Origin: an uncultured Chloroflexia bacterium
GTDB lineage: Bacteria; Chloroflexota; Chloroflexia; Thermomicrobiales; UBA6265
Length of the DNA: 64,000 nucleotides
NCBI GenBank assembly: GCA_963724295.1
Contig: CAVRUC010000003.1
Location: forward strand, 107,955 to 171,954
Direction of reading: 5' to 3'
How positions within the stretch are numbered: position 1 is the stretch's first letter; each line of letters starts with the position of its first letter. The position numbers were made by a program, and so were the translations under genes. This document shows positions 40,335-51,822 of this stretch, piece after piece. The notes under the pieces are model-generated. The model did no database searches and was not told the DNA's origin. It saw nothing but the letters and a program-made list of their open reading frames with translations.

Positions 40335-42292
40335 ACTTCGATGCCGTCGACCCCGCTGGCAGATTGAGTCCGCCGGTGTGCGGCAGCGGGTTTGCTCCCG
40401 GGGCGTACGTTGCCCAATCGAGCCCGTAGCGGTCCAGCGACGCCTCGGTCGGCATGCCGGTCGCCTTGTCCCAGCCGGCCATCGCGTAATAGCGATCCAG
40501 GGCCTGCTCCAACTGTTCCTCGGTTACGTGCAGACCGTCCGAGGGACCACCGGTCAGCGGCTTGAACAGCTTCTTCGGCAGCTTGTCCTGGTTGCGCCCC
40601 GCGCCCTCGCGCGCGTTGAAGAGCCGCTGCATGGTCAGCTTGCGCGCACCAACGTCGACGAGCTCGTCGACCGAGGTATTCCAGCCGGTCGCCGCATTCA
40701 GCGCCTGCGAGAGATGGTCCGGTCCATAGAGCTGCCAGGCCGGACCGTAGACGAACTGGCAGACCGACGCCGAGTCGAGCAGCGAATAGAACTGCTGGGT
40801 GATGAGCGCGAAGCGCACTTTTTCGTCCGAGAGGTTCATCGGATCCTGAGGATCGGTCAAACCCAGCAACGCCAGCCGGCGCAGGCTCTCTTCGTCGGAG
40901 TCTGGCGCGTATCCCGGATCGTGCTCGCTCGACTGGTGATCGGCGCCGAATGGGTTGACCGCGTAGATCAGCGCCAGCGAGCGCTTCACCTGCGGCATGT
41001 GCGCCGGTAGGGCGTTTCCCTTGACCGCGGTAATCAACTCTCCGCCTCTACCGCCGAGCTTGCGGGACGCGCCATTCATCCCTTCGGCCAGCACGTCGCC
41101 GAACCCCTCGCGGGTGGCAATCATCTCCGTCAGCTTCACCATCGACTCAGCATCGCCCCACAGGATGGGCATGCCGCCGGTGTCGGCCAGCGTGATCTCG
41201 CCCTTGGCAAAGGCATCCATCGCCCAGCCGATCGTCGCGCCGACCGCGATCGGGTCCATCCCCTCCTGGTTGCAGATCTGGTTGGCCAGGGCCACCCGGT
41301 CGAGGTCGGAGATCATGCAGTAGGAACCGAGCGTCGCCAGGTTCTCGTACTCCGGACCGCCGTAGCGGCCCTCGACCCCAAGCTCCTTGACCTCGACCAC
41401 CCGCTTGCAGCGGACCGCGCAGGCGTAGCAGGTGTCGTTCTTGAGCAGGATGGTGTCGTACATCCGCTCACCGGAGATCTGCTCGGCCTGATCGAAGACG
41501 CCGCTGTCCCAGTTGTGCGTCGGCAAGCCTCCGACAGATTGCTGAGCCAGTACCGTCTCGGCGGTGCCGTATTTCTGCAGACCGGCCATGGCGACGTTGA
41601 CGCGCACATTCTTGGCGCCCCATTGCGTCAGCTTCTTCAGGCCATCGGGATCCTGGACCGCCACCTTGCCGGTGCCACGCACCACGATCGACTTGAGGTT
41701 CTTGCTCCCCATCACGGCACCGGTGCCGGTTCGCCCTGGAGCGCGGGAGGTGAAGGTAATCGGGCAGGCGAACTTCACCAGATTCTCGCCAGCGCGGCCG
41801 ATGGTCATGGTTTGCAGCTTGCTGTCGCCAAGCTCGGCCTTGATGGTGTCCTCGAACACGCCGGTACCCATGCCCCAATACGGCGCCGCGTCGCGAAGCT
41901 CGTATTGCCCGTCCTTGATCCAGAGGTAGACCGGAGACGGCGACTTTCCCTTGACCACAATGGCGTCAAACCCCGCCATCTTCAGCTCGGCCGGGAAAAA
42001 TCCTCCGACCTGGGCATCGCCAATCAGACCGGAAAGTGGGCTCTTGCAATTGACGCTCATCCGGCTCTGACCGGAGATCGCGGTCCCGGTGAGGGGGCCG
42101 CCGGCAAAGACGAGAACGTTTGCAGGCCCCAGCGGGTCGGCCTTTGGCGGGACCTCGCGCAGGATGTAGTCCATGGCCAGTGCCGCCCCGCCCATGTACT
42201 TGCGGTACCAGGCGTCGTCATGCTCGTCGACATGTGAGCGTGCCGTTGCTCAGGTCCGCGACCAGGATCTTGCCGGTGTAGCCGAATGCCAT
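40333..42292 (-). CDS. Aldehyde:ferredoxin oxidoreductase family (tungstopterin); frameshift near 42235
   Basis: MAFGYTGKILVADLS; KSPLSG; GAVMGSKNLK; TCYACAVRC; GPEYE; GADH; DSASVCQF. Confidence 0.92.
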
Positions 42293-42504
42293 GGCGCATC
42301 TCCTACCATCTGCCCACCGTCGCGCCTCCGCGCCGTCACGGATCGCCCCGCGGGCTTCGCTGCGTTGTCATGTGGCGGCATCCTGCCCGCATCGCGGCAG
42401 CCGGTCAAGAGATTACCTGCCCCGACCGCGCGCTTGTGCGCCGAAAATCGCTGTGATACCGTCACTTTGCGAAGAACGAGGGCGTGGTTGAAAAGGACAC
42501 CGTT

Positions 42505-42924
42505 ATGCAGGGTCAGTCCGAACGCGGTGGTCCATTGGAGATCCGCTCCAAGATCTGGATCGAGCGCCGCGGCCGGGGGGACGTCGTCCTCTCCGAATGG
42601 CGCGTCGAGCTGCTCGAGGCGATTGACGCATACGGCTCGCTCAGCCGGGCCGCCGAAGCGTTGGACATTCCCTATCGCACCGCCTGGGAACGAGTGAAGG
42701 CGACAGAGGGCGAGATCGGCTTCCGCCTCCTGGACAGCGAGAGCGGCGGACTGGAGGGTGGCGGCAGTCGCCTCACGCCGCAGGCTCGCGATCTCTGTCG
42801 CCGCTTCCGGCGGGTCTCCGGCGGCATCCAGGAAGTGGTCAGCCGCCGTTTCGCGGCCGAGTTCGGGGATGGCAGCGAAGGGGCGCAGAGCATGCCATCG
42901 GGCGACGAGAACGGAACGAGCTAG
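42505..42924 (+). CDS. ModE-like winged-helix regulator (DNA-binding domain only)
   Basis: SKIWIE...LLEAIDAYGSLSRAAEALDIPYRTAW...SGGLEGGGSRLT. Confidence 0.85.
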   Translation: MQGQSERGGPLEIRSKIWIERRGRGDVVLSEWRVELLEAIDAYGSLSRAAEALDIPYRTAWERVKATEGEIGFRLLDSESGGLEGGGSRLTPQARDLCRRFRRVSGGIQEVVSRRFAAEFGDGSEGAQSMPSGDENGTS

Positions 42925-42948
42925 ACGGCGCCCCAGGGAGAGCCGGAG

Positions 42949-43488
42949 ATGGCCAACAGGACTGATATCGAAGCGGGTGATACCGACTTGGCTGCGGAAA
43001 CGCGTATCCACGCGCTGCTCGCCCTGCCGGACGGCAGGCAATCGCTCCTCACGGTCGCGACCGCCGAATCCCTCACCGGTGGCAACGTCTCAGCTCGGAT
43101 CACCGCTATCTCCGGCTCATCCGGGTACTTCCTCGGCGGCATCGTCGCCTACTCCAACGCGGCGAAGGCATCGCTGCTGGGCGTCTCTGAGGAGACGCTC
43201 GCCACGCGGGGGGCGGTTAGCGCCGAGTGCGCCCGTGAGATGGCCGAGGGCGCGCGCCGCGCCTTCGGCGCCGACTTCGCGGTGGCGACCACCGGCATCG
43301 CCGGACCGGGTGGCGCAACCGAGCGCAAGCCGGTCGGTCTGGTCTACATCGGCCTCGCCGGCCCGGACGGCGTGACGACCGAGGAGTTCCACTTCCCCGG
43401 CGGCCGCGCCGTCGTGACCGACGCCTCGACCGAGGCCGCGCTGCTCATGCTGCTGCGTGGTCTGGAGCGCCACCTCGGCCAGGCATAG
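42949..43488 (+). CDS. CinA C-terminal / NMN deamidase (PncC-like)
   Basis: ATAESLTGG; GIVAYSNAAK; GAVSAECAREMAEG; TGIAGPGG..KPVGLVY. Confidence 0.9.
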   Translation: MANRTDIEAGDTDLAAETRIHALLALPDGRQSLLTVATAESLTGGNVSARITAISGSSGYFLGGIVAYSNAAKASLLGVSEETLATRGAVSAECAREMAEGARRAFGADFAVATTGIAGPGGATERKPVGLVYIGLAGPDGVTTEEFHFPGGRAVVTDASTEAALLMLLRGLERHLGQA

Positions 43489-43532
43489 CGATGACCATCG
43501 CCGCAGGATCGCGCGACTCGCCCGGCAGCGCG

Positions 43533-44741
43533 TTAGATCTCGATCAATCTGCGTGGGGCCTCCGGGGAGATGCGGCTGAGGCGCCCATTGGTGACGACGT
43601 GCTCTTCCTCGACGACGTAGTTGCCGGTGGAGCCGAGGTATGCCGGTTCCACGCAAAGCACCGTGCCATCTTCCAGTGGCGTGGGGTCATCCGGGTGGAG
43701 CGAGGGCGGCTCCGGCATATAGAGGCCGATGCCGTGGCCGAAACGGCCGAACCCGACACTACCGGGAGGCAGGTCCAGCGCCGAACCGATGGCGCGGCCG
43801 AGACTGCCGGCGGTGGGAGCGGCATCGAGCGCTACCGCGGCGTCGAGAGCACGGACGGCGCGAGCAAAGTCATCGCGCTGGGATGGCGTCGGCGGGCCAA
43901 CGGTGTACATGCGACAGTAGTCGGCCCAATACCCATCGACCACGACGCCGCCGTCGACGAAGAGCACCTCGCCTTTCCGCCAGCGCCGCTCGGTCGGGTC
44001 GCCGAACAGACCACGCTCGACCCCGGCAACGGCCATCGTGTACCCGAGACGGTGGGCACCGTGAGTGAAACTCGCCGCGGCCAGGACATTGTGGATTTCG
44101 CGTTCGCTCATTCCCGGTCTCAGCGCGGCATGGAGGTCCACGAAGGCGCGTTCGAGGATGGCGCTCGCGGTGCGCATCCGCTCGATTTCCCAGGCGCTCT
44201 TGCGCAGGCGGGCCGCCCAGATGAATTCGGACGCGTCGAAGCGCCGGAAAGTTGCCGGCAGCAAATCGATGATGCGGGACGCCGGCGGGTGCACCGCGCC
44301 GAGCGCGTCGACGCCAATCGTGTTTGCGGCGCGCTCCCTCAGCACGTCCGCGAGGACCTCACAGGCGTGTGGGGCGAACTGGATCGCGCCATCGGGGAGA
44401 CCGCCCAGGCCATCCGGTGAACGCAGCTCGACGTACGCATGCACGGTCACGCCCGGCACTCGCGAGCGCACGGCATCGGCTTCCGTCTCGGCACAGACGA
44501 CGTCGAGTGTGCTCGGGGTGAGGATGGCGACGATCGGACGCGAGTGGTTCGACCAGGTCGCGGTCGTGTAGCCGGTGAGGTAGGTGACAACACCCTCGCG
44601 GGTCGCGACGAGCGCGTCACCGCCGGCTTCCGCCAGACTCGCGCGCAGGACGGCATGCCGCCGTGTCAGCTCCGCTGCAAGTTCACGATCCAGACCTTCG
44701 ACGCTCGACAACTCGCTGCTCCTCTTACGGACTGCCGTCAC
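43533..44741 (-). CDS. M24 family Xaa-Pro peptidase-like hydrolase
   Basis: RLRKSAWEIE; VDGG..GYWADYCR; GHGIGL..EPP; CVEP; VVEE (full ligand set). Confidence 0.85.
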   Translation of the reverse strand: MTAVRKRSSELSSVEGLDRELAAELTRRHAVLRASLAEAGGDALVATREGVVTYLTGYTTATWSNHSRPIVAILTPSTLDVVCAETEADAVRSRVPGVTVHAYVELRSPDGLGGLPDGAIQFAPHACEVLADVLRERAANTIGVDALGAVHPPASRIIDLLPATFRRFDASEFIWAARLRKSAWEIERMRTASAILERAFVDLHAALRPGMSEREIHNVLAAASFTHGAHRLGYTMAVAGVERGLFGDPTERRWRKGEVLFVDGGVVVDGYWADYCRMYTVGPPTPSQRDDFARAVRALDAAVALDAAPTAGSLGRAIGSALDLPPGSVGFGRFGHGIGLYMPEPPSLHPDDPTPLEDGTVLCVEPAYLGSTGNYVVEEEHVVTNGRLSRISPEAPRRLIEI

Positions 44742-44747
44742 TGGCCA

Positions 44748-47700
44748 CTACCCGCCCGCGGGCGCTGGACAACCCTCCCCTTCACAGACGATCCGGCCCT
44801 CGATCTCTGGATCGAGCGGCTCGCCCGGCAGTGACAATGGCGACTCCCCGGCGACGTACGCGGAGACGACCGATGCCAGGATGTCGCGCGTGGCGGCACG
44901 GGAGAGGATGGGCGGGTAGTTGTCGCCGCCAGAGGCCGTGAAATCGTTGGTGGCGATGGTATATGTCGCCGCCTCCGACAGGTCGATTGCCTCCCCGCTG
45001 CACGTCCCGTCCGCCGCCTGCCGCACAGCGCCGGTCACGCGATTGCCCGGTTCCGCGTCGATGTCGTAGGTGAAGCAGAGGCCCGAGACCTGGGGGAACG
45101 CTCCCGACGCCGCGGGCATGGCCGCTACTCCGGCCTCGAGCATCGCCTTGAGCTCCGCGCCGCTTACTTCGGCGGTCACCGCCACGTTGCCGAAGGGCAG
45201 CACGGTGAGGACCTGTCCCTCGGTGATCGGAAGCTCGCCGGCATCCGTGGGACAGAACTCGCCGCCCTCCGGCGGGCACGTCAGGTCGGCGCGGATCCCC
45301 CCGAGTTGGTGATGGCGAAATCGGTTCCGTACGTCATGCGCAAGGCATCGGCGATGACGTCGCCGATGAGCGATTCACAGGTGCGCCCGGTCTCCATGCC
45401 GCAGGCGTCGGCTCGCGGGATCGGTTGCACCGCCGACCCGATGACTCGGCCCAGGGTCGGCGCCAGCTCGACTGACAATTGCTCGAGCGTCGCGGCGATC
45501 TCCGGATCCGGAGTGACCCCGATGTTCCAGGGACGGTGGTGGTCGGCGGTACGGTAGACCAGCTCGCCGCTCTCGCTGTCGACGACGAGGCGCACCCGGG
45601 TGAACATCACGCCCTTGGAGCGGTTCTCGACCAGGAGCGTGCCGTTTGGTCGGACGGCCGAGACCTGGACGTCGGTGTGGTCACCGACGACGAGGTCCAC
45701 GCCCTCGAGCTGGTCGGCCACATCCACCACCGGACCCGTCGGGTCGGTCAATGTCCCGCCGGTGGCGCCCATGTGTCCCATGGCGATGATGACGTCCGCG
45801 CCTTGCTCGCGCAGGCGCGCCGCCTCAGCGTTGATCGGCTCGACCGGATCGATGACCCGGTATGGCCCGAGGGCGCCGGGTCGCGTCAATTGCGGGATAT
45901 CCGGGTTGGAGAAGCCGATGAGTCCAACGCTCACGCCCTCGAAATCGAGCAGCAGGGATGGCAGGAATGGCGGTTCACCGGGGACGGGCGTGGCGTCGGC
46001 GCGGGCCGGAACCAGATTGACCGACAGGTACGGGAAATTCGCCACCGGCGCCAGGTTCTCGAACATGTTGGCGGCCCCGGCGTCGAAGTTGTGGTTGCCG
46101 AGCGCGTCGGCGCTGAATCCCAGCGCATTCATCGCCTCGATCGCGGGCAGATCGCCGAAGACACTCGAGATCGGCGGTGTCGCTCCGACCGCGTCTCCCG
46201 CCGTCACCAGCAGGGTTTCGCCCCGCGCCTCCGCGCGATAGCGGTCGAACCAGGGAGCGAGGAACGCGACGCCCCCGACGTCAAACGAGGAGCTCACCGC
46301 GTCCTCGGCGTCGATGTCGTCGGCGGCGGCACTCAAGGGCGGGAGCTGGCCGTGGAAATCGCTGATATCGAGCAGCGTCACCTCGCGCAACGTCGACCCG
46401 TTTGCCAGGAGCTCGTAGAGAATGCTTCCGCTGGCGTTGTACGGCCCGGGCACACCGAGCAGGTAGGCGGCAGTCGGCGCGACGTCGATGCCGCGGGCGG
46501 TGAACGGCGTACCCGAGCCGATCGTCGGCCCAGCGGCCAGGAAGAGTCCGGCGTTCTCGGCGCCATCGGCAGGGAGATAGCCTCCGGCGAGGACTGGCAT
46601 TGCCTTGGCCACGACGACGCCCTCGATCGCGTCGTCGAACCGGTAGGGTGGCGCCAAGGTGACCACGACGTCGCCCGTCCGGCTGGGGTGGAGGGCATCT
46701 GCGCCGCCGACATCGCGAAGATCTTCCTTGCGGAAGACTCCGGCGACGAGCGGCAGCATCCGGGCTGGCCGAATCGCGGAACTGCTCGAAGGCGGCGACG
46801 ATTGCGTCCCTGGTCGGCTCGTAGTCCTCCTCCGCCACCGATCCCGCCGCTTCCCGGCCATCGAGATTGACGTAGACGTGGGCCGTTCCGCCCGACCAGC
46901 AGACCTTGACGGCCGGACCCACAGGCAATGCCTCCGGATCGGGGGTGCCGGGGGGTGTACTCACGGGACCGGGTACACAGTTTTCGGGCTGCTCTGCTTC
47001 GGTGATGCCGGCGTCGACCAGGACCTTGCCGGCGTTGACGGCGAGCCAGGATGGTGCGAGTCCCCATGGTGAAACCATCAGCGTCGTTGCCTCGGGACCG
47101 AGCAGATCGCGGCCGGCCGCGAGGAACTGATCCGCCATCATGTAGCCGTCACGAACGAACCCCTCGCATCGTCGGCGTCGAAGGCGACGAGTCCCTCGCT
47201 CCGCGCCTGCCGAGAGGTGTCGCGACGGCGCCGCCGGCATCGCGACGCGGCGGGGAACCCGAGAAATTGTCGCGAGACGGCGTCGGGAACGGCTGTGCTC
47301 AGCAGCAACAGATCGGGCTGGACGCCGAGATGCTCGACGATGAACCGCAGCGCATCGACGGTCTGCGAGGCACCGGCGACTCCCTGATCGACGAAGGTCA
47401 CCCCGTCGATCAGCCCGCCGCCAGCGGTGCGGCGTCCACGGCGACAGGAGGGCCGATGGCGACGTTGAGTGACTCCTCGAAGCCACCCGGCGCCGTGCAC
47501 TCGGGTCGATCCCCGCAGCCGCCCCACGACGCTGCAACGCGGCTGACCGCTGTGTAGTAGAGACGGAACGAGCTGAGATCGGGAGCCAGGTCGACAGTCT
47601 TCAGCCAGAAACCCGCCGAATGGCCATCCCGCTCGCCGTTCAGCGCGACGGATACCCCCGCCCACGATCCCGAGGCCAGATCTGCCCGAGAGCCGGCGGC

Positions 47701-48513
47701 GTCCTTCTCCGGCGCCACCAGGACGCGGTCGTAGTTCAGGGTCGCATCGTCGGTGGAGTCGTAGATATAGACGGCAAAGCCGCGATCCGGGTTGGGACCA
47801 GCCGGGTCGAGGGAGCGGATGGTGAAATCGGTCTCCTGCGCCGGGCTGAACGACTCCGGAACCTCCGCCCAACCCTGCGCCGGTCGCAGATCGACGCGCT
47901 CATAGCCGACGCCGTGCCGTTCAGCGTCGGCCGGTTGATTGGCGAGATCGATGGTCGTGACCACCCCGGATTGGGAATACGGAATTGGCCCAGCGACGAC
48001 CGGGCCGCCAAGCGGCGGATCGAGTGTGGAGACCCCTTCCCAACCGACCGAAACCACCTGCTTGCCGACGCGCTCGGCAGCCTGCGGCAACGTGTCGGCC
48101 TGGATCAGACCGGGGTCGGTCCAGGTGGCGAAGTCCGCGAAATCGGGTGAACCAGTGCGGTAAAAGTGGTCGGCCACGACTCCGTGCTCGGCCGGCCAGG
48201 TTCCTGTCAGTAACGTCACCGGGTTGGTGCCGGTCGTGGTCGGAAAGGGTGCAGCCAGACCACCGTCGGCACTGACGCCTTCGGCCAGTACGCCGGCGAT
48301 TGCCGGCAGAGCGCCTTCGGCGGCAAACGTCTCGACCAGATCGCGGCGCATCCCGGGAGCGTTGAAGAGCAGAACCGGTCCTCCACCCGCGTCGCCCGCA
48401 ACCGGCGTCGCCTCCTGGGCATCCGCCGCGGCAGGAACGAGGGAGGCAGGCACCGCGAGCAACAGCGAGAGCACGAGGGCGAAAAGAAACGCAGGATAGC
48501 GGAACCCGGTCAT
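44748..48513 (-). CDS. Secreted alkaline-phosphatase-superfamily domain fused to 5'-nucleotidase; several frameshifts
   Basis: APFPTTTGTN..LLTGTWPAEHGV; DISDFHG, AGDAVG, LGNHNFD, GDHTD; ITNSGG; LPFGN; QVSGL; TNDFTASGGDNY. Confidence 0.85.
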
Positions 48514-48615
48514 GCGGCATGCTCCCTGGTCAAGGACTGGCCAATCTGTGAGGACAGTATCACGACGTTCGCCGCAAATGAATGGAGCAAAGATCAAGCC
48601 CGCGCGGGATGCGGC

Positions 48616-50448
48616 TCACGCCAGCTCGTAGAGCCCGATCTCATCGAACGAGACGGAGAATGGAACTGTGCCTTCGGAGGCCATCAACGCGCCGAAGCTG
48701 ACGTGGCCCCGGTTTCCGATCTCGGGGAGAACCGCGCTGGCGGCCGCGGCGACGTCGACTTCATTAACAAGGAGCAGCGGGAACCCATCGCGCACCCGCA
48801 GCTCGATGGTCTCCAGCGGCCGCGGAGTGTCTTCCGTTCCGTAGGTATAGGGCCCGGTCCAGGTAACGAACCTCGCGCTTTCGGCATCGAATTGGAGCAC
48901 TTCCCACGTCTGCCGCGAGGGATCGACGGCGAAGACCCATTGTCCCCCGGCGGGATCCGTCCGCGTTTCGATCGTCACCATGCCGTCGCCGCTGGTCTCG
49001 TCGATCCGTAGCAGCGCGGCGAAGTCCTGACCGGTCAGCGGCTTGTCAGCCTCGGAGAGGGGGAAACCCGAGACGAGGCCGGGCTCTGAAATATGCAAGG
49101 AGAACGCACCTTCACTGTAGGAGCTGGTCGAATCGCCCTCACTCGTGGCGACGAAGCGCTCGGAACCTTCAAAGCCGTCGATGACGATGGCCCGGCTGTA
49201 GGGTGCGAGCCGCGCAATCGCCATCGTCGCTTCCGGACGTGACGAATCGATGGCGACGGCCCCGGCGAACGCCGAGCGCGCCGACTCCAGTCGTCCCGCG
49301 GCCGCTTCCTGCCTGCCGAGCTGGAGATAGGCGTCATAGAGCGAGGTCGCGATGGTGCGGTCGTCCGGGGCATTTTTCAGGGCGTCATCATAGAAATTCG
49401 CCGCGCACCGCCAGTCGCCGCGCGCGGCGCAGCCGGCAGCGGCCGAGAGGCTGGCCGCCAGATCGTCCCTAGTCGTCGCCAGACTCACGGTCGACTGTGG
49501 GCCGGCTTGTGCCGATACCCCGGCGTCGACCGAGGCCAGGAGCGGCCGGGCCAGATCGATTGGCCGCAACTGCGTCAGCGAGCCGCCGGTCGGCAGGCAG
49601 CCGACGTCGTCCTCACCGATAACCCCATCCCGGTTCGTGTCTCCCACACGGCAATCGAGCGCCGAGCCGGAAGTTGGTACGCCAATCAGCTGACCCGCAT
49701 CGTTGACCGCGGCGCCGCCGGAGTTTCCGCCGGAGGTCACGGCATCGGTATTGATCCAGGCGGTACCATCGATTCCCTCTTCGAACAGGAAGCCGCTGAC
49801 GATGCCGATCGTGTAGGTCAGCGAGCCACTGCCGATGGCGGGGAACCCGAAGACATGGACGGTCTCGCCGAGATTGACGCCATCGGAGCTCCCCAACGGA
49901 AGAACCGGCAACTCGAGCGTTTCCGGAGCGAGGGGCGTCCCTCGCTCATCGGAGTCAATGCGCAGGACGGCCAGATCGAGATCGGCATCCTCGGCGATGA
50001 CCCGAGCCAGGTAGCTCGGGTCTGGCAAGTGGCGCCCATCGGAGACCGCGATCATGAGCCGTTCTGGGTCGACTTGGAGATCGGCGTTCTTCCCCTCGGT
50101 CGCGAGTTGCGTGTCCAGCTCGGCCAGCTTCTCCTCGATGCCAGCGGGAGTGATGAGGTGCTGGTTGGTCAGGATCAGCCCCTCCGGCGAGACGACGGTC
50201 CCGCTGCCAACGGCATACCAGATCAGCTGCTCCTCGCCGTCGACGGTGCCGCGCACGACGATCGAAAGCTGAACGACCGCATCGATGGCCTGCCCCAGCA
50301 TTGCGGGATCCGCCTGGGCGCGAGCAGGCATCTGAGCCGGCCCCGCCAGGAGGCAGATCCCTGCCAGAATCACCAGCAGCAGACGCACGCCGGTTCTTCC
50401 GCACATCCTGATAGGAGTCATAAGCAACGCACCCGGGATCATCCGCAC
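48616..50448 (-). CDS. Secreted trypsin-like (S1C) serine protease with TPR-like and C-terminal beta domains
   Basis: GSGTVV..LILTNQH; DLAVLRI; INTDA..GGNSGG (triad intact). Confidence 0.88.
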   Translation of the reverse strand: MRMIPGALLMTPIRMCGRTGVRLLLVILAGICLLAGPAQMPARAQADPAMLGQAIDAVVQLSIVVRGTVDGEEQLIWYAVGSGTVVSPEGLILTNQHLITPAGIEEKLAELDTQLATEGKNADLQVDPERLMIAVSDGRHLPDPSYLARVIAEDADLDLAVLRIDSDERGTPLAPETLELPVLPLGSSDGVNLGETVHVFGFPAIGSGSLTYTIGIVSGFLFEEGIDGTAWINTDAVTSGGNSGGAAVNDAGQLIGVPTSGSALDCRVGDTNRDGVIGEDDVGCLPTGGSLTQLRPIDLARPLLASVDAGVSAQAGPQSTVSLATTRDDLAASLSAAAGCAARGDWRCAANFYDDALKNAPDDRTIATSLYDAYLQLGRQEAAAGRLESARSAFAGAVAIDSSRPEATMAIARLAPYSRAIVIDGFEGSERFVATSEGDSTSSYSEGAFSLHISEPGLVSGFPLSEADKPLTGQDFAALLRIDETSGDGMVTIETRTDPAGGQWVFAVDPSRQTWEVLQFDAESARFVTWTGPYTYGTEDTPRPLETIELRVRDGFPLLLVNEVDVAAAASAVLPEIGNRGHVSFGALMASEGTVPFSVSFDEIGLYELA

Positions 50449-50546
50449 ACGCCGAGTATGAAAAGAACGCCTGAGGCGAGCAACGCGTACCGCCGCATCA
50501 GCCCTCAGTCGCTCTCGCCGCGACGGGATCGCCTCGGGCTTACCGG

Positions 50547-51764
50547 TCAGCGCCGTGGGCGCACGGTGCCGGCGAGCAGGGCCGTCACGAAGGAGAGGAC
50601 CGGCACCAACGCCAATGCCACTCGTAATCCCGCGTGATCCGAGACAAACCCGATCAGGGGCGCCCCGACGAGCAGACCGGTATATCCCGCGGTGGCGACC
50701 GCACCGATGGCCGTCCCGGACGCCAGACCGGGCGTGCGACCTCCCGCGCCGAGGGCAATCGGAAAGGCGACCGCCAGTCCCGCCCCGACACAGGCGAATC
50801 CGATGACCGCGGCCGGGATGGTGCCGATCAGCAGCGCTCCGGTCATCCCCAGACCCGCCACCAGGCCTCCCGCACGGACCAGCCGCTCAGCGCCGAAACT
50901 TACTGTCAGCGCATCCCCGGCAAAGCGCATCCCGGCCATGGCTAGCGCCGACGCGGCATAGCCCGTCGCCGCGACGGCTGAGCTCGAGCCGAGCACGTTC
51001 TCCAGGTAGACCGCGCTCCAGTCGGCCACGGCACCCTCACCGAACAGCACGCAGAAGCTGAGGACACCGAGCCCGAAGAGTGCCCGCGGCGGGACCGCGA
51101 ACACCGGCAGACGATCGTCGGCGGACCGGACGTCGAGCAGTGGCCCGCTCGCGACCGCGACCAACACCAGAAGGATCAGCGCGACGGCAAGCAGGTGAGG
51201 AAAGGGCGCCACGCCAGCGCCCGCGATCAGCCCGGCGCTGGCCGCTCCAATCAGACCACCGACGCTGAAGACTCCGTGAAAGGTGGACATGATCGGCCGC
51301 TGGTAGCCTTCTTCGACGGCGACCGCCTGGACGTTCATCGACACGTCGAGAAGACCGAACCCAATACCGAAGACGAACAAGGCGAGCATCAACAGCGGCA
51401 TCGAGGGAGCCAGCGGCAGCAGCGGCAGCGATGCGCAGAGGGCCACCGCCGCCAGCTGGATGACCCTCGGGTTGCCCCACCGTTGCACCAGCCAACCCGT
51501 GCCGGGCATCGCCAGGATGGCGCCGACCGAGGTGCTCAACAGGGCAATGCCGAGCTGGCCGTCGTCCAGGCCCAAGCCGTTCTGAACGGCCGGAATACGC
51601 GCCACCCAACTGCCAAGCACGGTGCCCAGGAGGAGAAAGAATCCGGTCGTTGCCCAGCGGGCTTGACGCAGATGATCGGAGGGATGCGCGCGGTCGCCAA
51701 GGGCGATCGCTTCGGTTCCAGAAATGCCCGTCAGCCCCCGCTCGACAATGACGTCTCGCCGCAT
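50547..51764 (-). CDS. MFS transporter
   Basis: WVARIPAV; DVSMNVQA; IMSTFHG; EGAVADWS; about 12 TM helices. Confidence 0.9.
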   Translation of the reverse strand: MRRDVIVERGLTGISGTEAIALGDRAHPSDHLRQARWATTGFFLLLGTVLGSWVARIPAVQNGLGLDDGQLGIALLSTSVGAILAMPGTGWLVQRWGNPRVIQLAAVALCASLPLLPLAPSMPLLMLALFVFGIGFGLLDVSMNVQAVAVEEGYQRPIMSTFHGVFSVGGLIGAASAGLIAGAGVAPFPHLLAVALILLVLVAVASGPLLDVRSADDRLPVFAVPPRALFGLGVLSFCVLFGEGAVADWSAVYLENVLGSSSAVAATGYAASALAMAGMRFAGDALTVSFGAERLVRAGGLVAGLGMTGALLIGTIPAAVIGFACVGAGLAVAFPIALGAGGRTPGLASGTAIGAVATAGYTGLLVGAPLIGFVSDHAGLRVALALVPVLSFVTALLAGTVRPRR

Positions 51765-51822
51765 TTGGCGGGTCAGACGGTAGCATAGGAGCGCCTGCCG
51801 CTTGGCGATCTCACGGAGACCG

